Shown here piece after piece: positions 56,367 through 64,000 of a stretch of DNA of 64,000 bases; position 1 is the first letter of the stretch; the number at the start of each line of letters is the position of its first letter. A model generated the notes under the pieces. The model worked only from the letters and a program-made list of their open reading frames with translations. It was not told the origin of the DNA and did not search any database. The stretch comes from Kiritimatiellia bacterium (GTDB lineage: Bacteria > Verrucomicrobiota > Kiritimatiellia > RFP12 > UBA1067), in NCBI GenBank assembly GCA_050949565.1, contig JBMNFY010000010.1, forward strand, positions 320,001 through 384,000. Reading direction: 5' to 3'. The position numbers and the translations under genes are program-made.

Positions 56367-57118
56367 TGGAAGACGTTTTGCAAAACATCCGCGTGGTGCT
56401 GGTGGGAACCCTTTACCACGGCAATGTCGGTTCGGTGTGCCGCGCGATGGCCAACATGGGGTTGCGCGAATTGGTGCTGGCTAGACCGCGGCTTTGCGAT
56501 GATCCTAGCGATGCGTCGCGGATGGCTGTGCATGCGGCCGACATTTTGAACGCGCGGCGCGAGGTCGCCACGCTGGCCGAGGCGGTGGCGGACTGCGCCT
56601 TTGTGGCGGGGACCACCGCGCGCGGCGGGCTTTACCGGCAGCATGTGAAGACTCCGCGCGAGTTGGCGCCGGAACTGTTGCGCCTGGCGGCGAACGGGAT
56701 GGTGGCTTTGGTTTTCGGGTGTGAGGATAAAGGACTATCCAATGAGGAGATCGGGCTTTGTACCCATCTCATTCGCATTCCCGTGCATCCCGATTACACT
56801 TCACTGAATCTGGCGCAGGCGGTCTTGCTCTGTAGCTACGAGTTATACGGCGCGGTGGGTTCCTATGAGCCGCCAGTGGAAAAATCCGCGCCCGCCTCCG
56901 CCGCGCGCAAGCTCAAGTTGGCGGAGATGTGGCGCAAGATGCTGCTGCAGATCGGGTTCATGAAGGAAGATAAAGCCGATCACATGATGCAGGGCGTGCA
57001 GCGGATTTTTTCACGTGGCGTGTACTCGGATGATGACGTCGCGATTATGATGGGCGTAGCGCGACAAGCCGACTGGGCGGCACGGAGAGAGAAGCAGGAA
57101 GTAATAGGTAAGAGGTAA
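56363..57118 (+). CDS. trmJ: TrmJ/LasT-family SPOUT RNA methyltransferase
   Basis: GNVGSVCRAMANMG, VFGCEDKGLSNEE, SLNLAQAV. Confidence 0.88.
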   Translation: MMEDVLQNIRVVLVGTLYHGNVGSVCRAMANMGLRELVLARPRLCDDPSDASRMAVHAADILNARREVATLAEAVADCAFVAGTTARGGLYRQHVKTPRELAPELLRLAANGMVALVFGCEDKGLSNEEIGLCTHLIRIPVHPDYTSLNLAQAVLLCSYELYGAVGSYEPPVEKSAPASAARKLKLAEMWRKMLLQIGFMKEDKADHMMQGVQRIFSRGVYSDDDVAIMMGVARQADWAARREKQEVIGKR

Positions 57119-57191
57119 TAAGTCAATCTCGTCAGTCCCGTCAGTCCCGTCAATCTCGTCCAAAAACAAGCCCCGCCAGCCACCCGCTCAC

Positions 57192-57785
57192 TTACCTGCT
57201 CAAAGCCTTACGCAGAAGGGCTTCGGTGTCGGTTATGGCGGGGTCGGCATCGAGCGCGGCCTGCACCATCTTGCGCGCTTGGTCTTGCGGGAAGCCCAGT
57301 TGGCCGAGAGCCAGAATGGCGTCGCGCAACATGGCGTTGCGGGCATCGCCACCGCCTGCTGTGCGCCCGGCAAGCGCCTCCAGCGGATCCACTTTGTCGC
57401 GAAGCTCCACGATGATGCGTTCGGCGGTCTTTTTGCCGATACCATGTACGGAGCTGATGCGCTTGACGTTGCTTTCGGCAATCGCGGCGACCAGTTCGGC
57501 CACGGTCAAACCACTCAACACGCTAAGGGCTAGCTTGGGCCCGACTCCGTTGACGTTGATCAACCTTTCGAACATCTGCTTTTCTTCAGTCTGAGCAAAG
57601 CCGAACAGCACTTGCGTGTCCTGGCGGACATGATAATAGGTCAGCAGACGGCACTTACTCCCCGTGGCCGGCAGACGGTCATAAGTGCTCAGTGAGATGA
57701 AGAGTTCATAGCCGACGCCCTGCACGTCGAGTACGACGGTGGAGGGCGTCTTTTCAGCCAGCGTGCCATGCAGGAATGCGATCAT
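57192..57785 (-). CDS. ruvA: Holliday junction branch migration protein RuvA
   Basis: MIAFLHG, DVQGVGYE, LFGF, VNGVGPKLAL, GIGKKTAERIIVEL. Confidence 0.96.
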   Translation of the reverse strand: MIAFLHGTLAEKTPSTVVLDVQGVGYELFISLSTYDRLPATGSKCRLLTYYHVRQDTQVLFGFAQTEEKQMFERLINVNGVGPKLALSVLSGLTVAELVAAIAESNVKRISSVHGIGKKTAERIIVELRDKVDPLEALAGRTAGGGDARNAMLRDAILALGQLGFPQDQARKMVQAALDADPAITDTEALLRKALSR

Positions 57786-57800
57786 GGGGCACCCGGCACC

Positions 57801-59081
57801 TCAGGCATCTTCTTCCAGACGCGGGGCGTGGGTCAACACGTACTGTTCGGCTTCAGTGCACCACAGTCCGTTGTTGCGTCCGCAAATCTCGGCCAGTGCC
57901 GCAAAGTACGGGTCCTTCTCGCCGAGTTTTGCGAAGTCCTCAATCGCCGTCATGGGCATAGAAACGTGAGTGTAGAGCAGTTTCTTGCTGCCGGCAATTT
58001 CCGGCAGATTCTTGGTGGTCTCGGCCGCGGAATCGATGCCGCCCACATGGGTGACCATGACGGATGGCGTGACCAAGCCCTGCGCCGCGTAGTTCATGGA
58101 GTCTTGCAGGTCTTTGGTGTTGCCACCCGAAGAACCCACGACATGGTGCCCCATGTAATGCACGTCGTAGAAGTTGATGGCAGCCATGAAATCCGTACGA
58201 GCCGGACCTGCGAAAAAGTTCAGGCATCCCAGATACCCGAGTAGTGCTGAGCCCTGTTCAATCAGGGCGGGTACAGGCGCGAAGACCATCACGTCGTTGA
58301 AGCCCTTGTTTTCATTCAATGACTTGAGATACGCGACTGGATCGTCCAGCCCCGCCGTGTTCACATAGTGCAGGTCAACGCCACAGGTCTTGGCGTGTTC
58401 GACTGGGAAGAGCTGCGCCGCGCGGTCGAGCCGCGCCTGGTCGATGTCCGTGATCACGAGCCGTCCAGGACGATGCTCGGGACCGTGTAACGCGAGGTCG
58501 ATCGCGCTCAGTCCCATCGGGCCGGCACCCGCGAGGATGATCATTGAGCCGCCTTGCTTGATGCCCATCTGGTGGTCATATTCGCCCGGCCTGAAGTGAT
58601 AGCTGCAGCGGAAGGCCCCGACGATGCAGGAGACCGGCTCGGCAAGCGACGACTTGTAGTAGGCGTCACCGTCATAGGTCAGCAGGCAGTCGAGCTCCAT
58701 CACTTCCTTGGGGATGACGATGCGCGTGGCATTGCCGCCGATCCAACGGAACGAGTAGCCCGGTGCCCAGTGCTCGCGTCCGGGGATGTTGAGTTGCGGC
58801 TGGATCCCGTATTTTTGGCCGGCGCGGAATTTATGTTGCCAGTTCTTGCCGACCTTCAAGATGTTGCCGCAAAATTCGTGTCCCATGATGATGGGTTTTT
58901 CTGCAATGTCTTTAGGAACGCGTTTGTGTCTGGCACCTTGGATCGTCGCCTTGTAATCGGACATACAGATGCTGTTCGTAATGATGTCCGCCAAGATTTC
59001 ATCATCGGTGATTTCCGGCAGGTCAAACCGTTCGAGCCGCAGATCGTTTTCGCCATAAAGTCGCAGTGCCAAAGATTGCAT
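57801..59081 (-). CDS. sorE: L-sorbose-1-phosphate reductase-like MDR dehydrogenase
   Basis: ALRLYG.NDLRLE, SICMS.YK, GHEF, AGAGPMG, GCLNFFAGP, VHY...HVVGSSGG. Confidence 0.85.
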   Translation of the reverse strand: MQSLALRLYGENDLRLERFDLPEITDDEILADIITNSICMSDYKATIQGARHKRVPKDIAEKPIIMGHEFCGNILKVGKNWQHKFRAGQKYGIQPQLNIPGREHWAPGYSFRWIGGNATRIVIPKEVMELDCLLTYDGDAYYKSSLAEPVSCIVGAFRCSYHFRPGEYDHQMGIKQGGSMIILAGAGPMGLSAIDLALHGPEHRPGRLVITDIDQARLDRAAQLFPVEHAKTCGVDLHYVNTAGLDDPVAYLKSLNENKGFNDVMVFAPVPALIEQGSALLGYLGCLNFFAGPARTDFMAAINFYDVHYMGHHVVGSSGGNTKDLQDSMNYAAQGLVTPSVMVTHVGGIDSAAETTKNLPEIAGSKKLLYTHVSMPMTAIEDFAKLGEKDPYFAALAEICGRNNGLWCTEAEQYVLTHAPRLEEDA

Positions 59082-59247
59082 CAGGGTATCCTCGCATGAG
59101 AGTTTTCGACAATTTTTAATGGTTAAAACTTTAGCGTTTCCAGTGGCGGAGTGACAAGGCAAAAGTGGAAGTGGAGAACGGCTTAACGCCGAAGTGGAAC
59201 CATGAAGCCTGGAGTGCCGAGGGCCACGTCAAGTTTTGCGGCCTGCG

Positions 59248-62130
59248 TCACGGCTTGGCTGGCGGCTGCAGATGGAACCAGCGGGTCTCGCCGCGTTTCA
59301 TGGGGAAAGTCAGCCGGTCGGTGTCACGCGAGATCAGCTCACCGGTTGCCAAGTCGGTCACTTCGGAACGTTCCAGCAGGCGCACCTCTTTATTGCCGGG
59401 ATAAAGCGCGTGGATGGTCAGGAAGTTCTGACTGCCGTAGACCGCGTTGCCCGCCGGTGCCGCAACCCATGCGCCGGCGTAGTGTGCTAGCGCGTTAAGG
59501 AAGAACTCGTTCATGGACACGCCGCCGAAAAACAAGCTTTTCCATTTCCCAAAGTCCTTGAACGCCACGGCGATCTGGCCATCCGCGTAGGCCGCGACGG
59601 GCTTGGCTTCCGGATCATCCACGGCGAAGACAGGGGCCTTGAGGTTGATCTGGTTGATCGGGGTTTCCATGATACCGTTGCCGGGCAGTGTGTGGAGCTG
59701 CAGGGACTGCTCTCCGCCGTTTTTGACGTGGATGCCGGTGATGCGCGTCACCGCGTCTGCCGCGTCTGTAGCCTCTGGGATGCTTCCCGCCACGATGCCC
59801 GGAGCATGCACGAACGCGAGCATCCGGCCGTCACGCCGCAGCGATCGGATGGCGTTCCACTCCTTGTCCGAAAGATGGTAGGGATTGAGGAAGAGATAGA
59901 GCTTGTAGGGCGGCAGGCGGCGGTTGGCCACATCTTCCTGAAGATAGAGGTGATAGGGGACTCCGGATGAGTTGAGCAGCACGATTTGCCGGTTGATGCC
60001 CGCGTAGTCCAAATACGCCGCGTTGGCTGAGGCGACATGGTTGAGACTTCGCTCGTCGATAAAAACCGCCACGTCGGATTTCGGCAGGGCGGGGTTCTTC
60101 AGATCCGCGCGGAACCCGTTTACCGTCTCGGTGATCGTTCGCATGATGGCCGGGTCGCTGAACCATCCACCGCTCATGTCGTACCACCAGATGCCTTGAC
60201 CTACGGCGAGCATGTGCCCGGCGTCGCGGCGGATCATCGCGCTGCTTTCCGCCTCGGTTTCTACGCGTGCAACGTGGTAATTGTTTTCCGGTGTGCCGGG
60301 ATACGTTTTCCAGGAGCGGAAGTCAGCCTCGGAGAGTCCAAAGGTGTCGTGGAGGAGCAGCGATGACCATGCCTGATGGGCCTTGCCGGTTCCGCCGGGC
60401 CATCGAATCGCGTCATAGGTCAACACCGACGTTACATAGTTGAACATGTTTTTCTTCAACAGATAACCGGTGGCGCGGTGACTTATCACGCTCGCGGCTG
60501 GTCCTGCGTAATAGGTTCCGATCAGGATGGGCGATTTGTGTGTGTCGCGCAGGATTTGACCGTACCCGGCGAGCGTGTCAATGGTTCCCTCGCTACGGAA
60601 AATTTTGTAGTCGACGATGTCCATGTCTTCGGGACGGTCCCAAAAGAACCGGTCGGTTCCAATCCGTTCGGGCACGGGAAATTCAGCCGTTTCGAAGGTC
60701 ACATTCGGTTGACGCCAAGCCTTTTTCAGTTCGGTCTCTCTCCGGTATTTTGTCCGGAGCCAGTTCCGGAAGGCGCGCAGGGAGGCGGGGCTGTAGTCGC
60801 CGCACCGGTTCCCGTGGAAATCGTTCCACTGGAACATCTGGCCGTCGTTTCCTCCGATCACATGGTACCCGATCACCGCCTTGCCCGGAAGCGAATTCCG
60901 GATGTGCCCAGCGAACTGGCGGAGAACCTCTCCGGTGTCCTTCCGTAACCGCTCCGAGGCATATACGTAGCCGTAGCGCTCGATGTACGAGGATTTTTGG
61001 GCGTCCGGTTTCGGCGGCGGCACCTTGTCCCAGCGCAGGAAGTGCATGTTGACAATGGCCTTGTTGCCGTCCCAATCGGTCACGACATCCTCGAGGTTGT
61101 TTTCCGCGGCCCATTCCGAGTAGGGGTCGGTACACAGGTAAAACATGATGTACATGTTCGGATCCGCCCGGAGCACCCGCCACAACATCTCATCAACCTC
61201 GGAGAAGTCGGTCTGCCCCGGCCCTCTCCAGACCCCAAAGGGACCGTACACGCCGCGTCCCAGAATGTAAGGGATGAAGGTGACCTTTACGCCCGCCATG
61301 CCGAATTCCCGCACCTGGGAGTTTTGGGCGCGCCACGCGTTGCCGACGTAGAAATCGGGGAAGCTCTCTTTGCCGTCCAGAAAGAGGCGCGGCCGCTGAC
61401 CCACCCGGCGGACTTCGGCGGTTGCGCGCGGTCTGGCCGCCACGATCTTCTTTGCCTCTTCGAGCGGCATCAGTGTTTCGGGCACAGGCCGTTCATACCG
61501 TGGCTTGTAGTCCTTTTTGTTTCCCAGTCGCGTCAGTTTGAGGTCGTCCATCAAGATATCGATGGCGTCTTGTGCGAAAACCAGACTGATGCGCACGCGG
61601 TCGATGTCCGGCCCGGTCGTGAAGGACATATCGAGTTTTTCCCACTGGCTTCCAGAGGAGAAAAACGGGCGGGTCGGCCCGAAGATGTTCGAATGGGATG
61701 CACCGGTTTTTTTTGAACTGGAGGGGCTGATCATAAAGTAGACGGCGGCGGCCGTGGTCGTCCCGTCTTTGGACTTGCGGTCCGAGTGGAGGGTGTTCAG
61801 CCAGGCGGAGACCCGATAGGTGGTCGCGGTTTCGACCGGGATAGGCACGGTTTCCCACTGGACATACCCCTTCACATTGGTTTTTTCCACGCGTAGCGAA
61901 CGCCCTTTTCCTGCTCCGGCTTCCAAGCGGATGGAGGCCTCCGCACCGCCCAGAGGTTTCGCGGTCCACAAATTGGCGGCTTCGACTTCTTCGAACCCCA
62001 CTGAAAAGAGCGCGGGGGCGTCGTCTTCTATGCCCCTTTGCGGCTCGGGTCCCGCATACGCTACGCTGAACATCAAAAACGCTATCCACCTCACATTCCG
62101 AACGCACCGTTTCCTCCGACTCCGTATCAT
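59248..62130 (-). CDS. Clan-A glycoside hydrolase (GH42/beta-galactosidase-like) with N-terminal CBM4/9-like domain
   Basis: DYSPASLRAFRNWLRTKY..L.KAW motif and trimerisation-like C-terminus. GGGAGG SD before ATG 62130. Confidence 0.7.
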   Translation of the reverse strand: MIRSRRKRCVRNVRWIAFLMFSVAYAGPEPQRGIEDDAPALFSVGFEEVEAANLWTAKPLGGAEASIRLEAGAGKGRSLRVEKTNVKGYVQWETVPIPVETATTYRVSAWLNTLHSDRKSKDGTTTAAAVYFMISPSSSKKTGASHSNIFGPTRPFFSSGSQWEKLDMSFTTGPDIDRVRISLVFAQDAIDILMDDLKLTRLGNKKDYKPRYERPVPETLMPLEEAKKIVAARPRATAEVRRVGQRPRLFLDGKESFPDFYVGNAWRAQNSQVREFGMAGVKVTFIPYILGRGVYGPFGVWRGPGQTDFSEVDEMLWRVLRADPNMYIMFYLCTDPYSEWAAENNLEDVVTDWDGNKAIVNMHFLRWDKVPPPKPDAQKSSYIERYGYVYASERLRKDTGEVLRQFAGHIRNSLPGKAVIGYHVIGGNDGQMFQWNDFHGNRCGDYSPASLRAFRNWLRTKYRRETELKKAWRQPNVTFETAEFPVPERIGTDRFFWDRPEDMDIVDYKIFRSEGTIDTLAGYGQILRDTHKSPILIGTYYAGPAASVISHRATGYLLKKNMFNYVTSVLTYDAIRWPGGTGKAHQAWSSLLLHDTFGLSEADFRSWKTYPGTPENNYHVARVETEAESSAMIRRDAGHMLAVGQGIWWYDMSGGWFSDPAIMRTITETVNGFRADLKNPALPKSDVAVFIDERSLNHVASANAAYLDYAGINRQIVLLNSSGVPYHLYLQEDVANRRLPPYKLYLFLNPYHLSDKEWNAIRSLRRDGRMLAFVHAPGIVAGSIPEATDAADAVTRITGIHVKNGGEQSLQLHTLPGNGIMETPINQINLKAPVFAVDDPEAKPVAAYADGQIAVAFKDFGKWKSLFFGGVSMNEFFLNALAHYAGAWVAAPAGNAVYGSQNFLTIHALYPGNKEVRLLERSEVTDLATGELISRDTDRLTFPMKRGETRWFHLQPPAKP

Positions 62131-62171
62131 CCGCTTGTCCTCCCTGATTCGTTTCACCAAGCTCCTTGCCT

Positions 62172-63446
62172 TCAAGCGTCTGGTGTCTTGCGCAGGTGGT
62201 TGGCAAGAGCCGCGCGGACGGCGGCGGTATCGAGCCGTTGTTGTTCTGGTGAGGCGTCGGTATCCAGCGCGGCGAGGGTGGCGCGGTGGGTCCGGTACAG
62301 GTCGCGTGCCCGACAGATCCAAGCCCACGGCACACCCACCAGTACACGCGCGCAGGGGTAGCGCTCGGCCAGAAACGCTCGGGGCATGAAGATTCGACTC
62401 AGTACCAGCCGGGCGCGTCCTAACAAACCAGCTTGGCGATAACTGAGCATCGTCGATTCCGCCCCGCGCTCTGACCCGTGCGGCAGGCGGGCGAGGGCGT
62501 GAAGCACGGCGTCACGCCAAGTTGCCTCGATTTGCGGTGCGCTGCTCGTCAAGGTGGCGGGCAGGGGTATGTCAAACAGATCCGCAACGAAACGCAAGAT
62601 GAACGGGATAGCCGTTCCGGTTTGCCAGCGCGTGCCAGCGGCAGTGATCGCCTCGGGCGTGAGCGCATCGCCTCGTGTGCGCATGAGCAGCGCGATATCC
62701 AGATAGGAACGCAGCGGAACCGCGAACAGATGGTGCAGCATGTGGTGTACAAGATGTGCGAGTTGATCGGGGACCGACAAGGCGAAGCAGGGAAAACCGT
62801 AGAGCCGTGTCGGTTCAACATGCCGCCATATCGCTGCCATATCCGCTTCTGGTGAGTCGGTCTCCCGCTCGCTGGAGACCGCCCAGTGCATTTCCACGGC
62901 GTAAGGGTACTGGGGGTGGCGGTAACCTTGATCGTAGGCGAAGCGGCTGTGCAGGGTGTCTGCGGTGGCGGTGTAGCCAAGTTGCAGCATCACGGCATGG
63001 CTGCGGTCGCGCTGGTCGGTACGGATCAGCACGTCGATGTCAGTCATGCTTCGCAACACCGGATTCGCGTACACTGATTCGGCGAGCCAAGCGCCTTTCA
63101 ACATGACCAGATTCAGACCAGCGCGTTCGAAACCCGCCGCCATTTCGGCAAGCTGCCGCTGCCGCAGGGTCGAACGTTGTAGCTCTCGCAAGGTGCGCAT
63201 GCGCCACGCGCCTGGCACGCTATCGGGCGGGGCGGCTGACGCAGCGAAATGTTCAGGGAAATGGGCGGTCAGCCACGGAAAGAGAAAGGTATCCACGCCT
63301 TGTTCGCATGCCGTGCGATAAAGCAGCGGCCACGGTGGCTCGTCTGCGCCGGTCGGCGGCGACCGGTCGTGCAGGGCGTCGCGCATGCACGCGACCAGCA
63401 TGCGGAGCCTGCTCAACGGCGACATGGGTGTGGTTTCAAAATCCAT
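62172..63446 (-). CDS. Nucleotidyltransferase family protein (NTP_transf_5-like)
   Basis: LKGAWLA..VY....LRSMTDIDVLI, VEMHW, HMLHH, YLDI. Confidence 0.85.
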   Translation of the reverse strand: MDFETTPMSPLSRLRMLVACMRDALHDRSPPTGADEPPWPLLYRTACEQGVDTFLFPWLTAHFPEHFAASAAPPDSVPGAWRMRTLRELQRSTLRQRQLAEMAAGFERAGLNLVMLKGAWLAESVYANPVLRSMTDIDVLIRTDQRDRSHAVMLQLGYTATADTLHSRFAYDQGYRHPQYPYAVEMHWAVSSERETDSPEADMAAIWRHVEPTRLYGFPCFALSVPDQLAHLVHHMLHHLFAVPLRSYLDIALLMRTRGDALTPEAITAAGTRWQTGTAIPFILRFVADLFDIPLPATLTSSAPQIEATWRDAVLHALARLPHGSERGAESTMLSYRQAGLLGRARLVLSRIFMPRAFLAERYPCARVLVGVPWAWICRARDLYRTHRATLAALDTDASPEQQRLDTAAVRAALANHLRKTPDA

Positions 63447-63494
63447 GACGTAAGTGATACCACGAGATGCGGGGCAGGGCAAGTATCCATTCTG

Positions 63495-63570
63495 TGAACG
63501 CTGAACATCGAACGCCGAACGTCGAACTCAGAAGTGAAAAATCCCCAATCCCAAATCCTAAATCCTCAAT
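63495..63570. repeat. Heptamer tandem repeats (GAACGCT-like and ATCCTAA-like)
   Basis: Directly visible in the divergent intergenic region. Confidence 0.8.
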
Positions 63571-63633
63571 GATAACTCTCGCAGGGTGATCGGCATTGCG
63601 GGAGCCGGGGGGTTCTGTTAATCTACAGGCCAC

Positions 63634-64000
63634 ATGTCCACGCTTCTTCATAGATGGGTACGGCGTGTCCGGTTGAGTCACCTGTCGGCTGTCATTGCCG
63701 GCCTTTGTCTGCCGCTTTTGGTCTGGTGGGCGGGCTGCTTGACTGCCCGTATCCGGCCGCCTGCCGGACGAACACCGGTGGTGATGACGATGGAGGTGAC
63801 CGGGTACTGCAACTGCGGAGTTTGTTGTAGTTGGGAACGGAGTTGGTTTGGGCTGGGGCCTCCGGTGATCAGCAGCGGACCCAACAAGGGCAAGCCGAAG
63901 GAGGTCGGCATCACGGCCAGCGGCACGCGTGCGGGTCGGGGTACGGTCGCGGCTGATACCTCGGTGTTGCCGTTCGGAACCATTGTGGAGGTGCCGGGTT
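63634..64000 (+). CDS. 3D-domain (lytic transglycosylase-like) protein, truncated by the window end
   Basis: Manual translation (not in the ORF track): MSTLLHRW...WAGC...EVTGYCNCGVCC...GITASG...GTVAADTSVLPFGTIVEVPG. Confidence 0.8.
   Translation, partial: MSTLLHRWVRRVRLSHLSAVIAGLCLPLLVWWAGCLTARIRPPAGRTPVVMTMEVTGYCNCGVCCSWERSWFGLGPPVISSGPNKGKPKEVGITASGTRAGRGTVAADTSVLPFGTIVEVPG

Noticed and set aside
62131-62328. Upstream extension of the 1026-aa ORF overlapping the nucleotidyltransferase gene
   Set aside because: An SD and a signal-like sequence support ATG 62130. The extension is read-through of the neighbouring gene in another frame.

Overview
A 64-kb, mostly GC-rich bacterial chromosome segment. 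Gene content (secreted DxDxDG-repeat proteins, C-terminal F(Y/F)R motifs, many glycoside hydrolases, short HemA/HemC domains) suggests a PVC-superphylum organism such as Kiritimatiellae or Lentisphaerae; this is inference. The housekeeping backbone has a probable topA 3' end, xerC, a tRNA thiouridylase-like gene, era, pfk, tRNA-Lys, a TPP riboswitch with thiD-thiC, rsmB, fused tetrapyrrole genes, an NtrB/NtrC-type pair, trmJ, ruvA and sorE, interspersed with carbohydrate-active enzymes. The main accessory feature is a ~13-kb polymorphic toxin locus (22772-35557, minus strand). It comprises a secreted Ca-binding-repeat partner, a 1851-aa Sec-signal/TPR/C39-peptidase-like/Rhs toxin, an AT-rich array of small candidate immunity genes, and a disrupted second Rhs copy with a caspase-like His-Cys tip followed by a Sel1-like lipoprotein. 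Mobile and repetitive DNA includes a 1457-bp IS with nested inverted repeats, a 101-bp MITE with a 4-bp target duplication, several REP-like palindrome families, and pervasive 6-9-nt tandem repeats. Those tandem repeats form intergenic hairpins and also invade coding sequences. All family assignments are by motif recognition, not database search.
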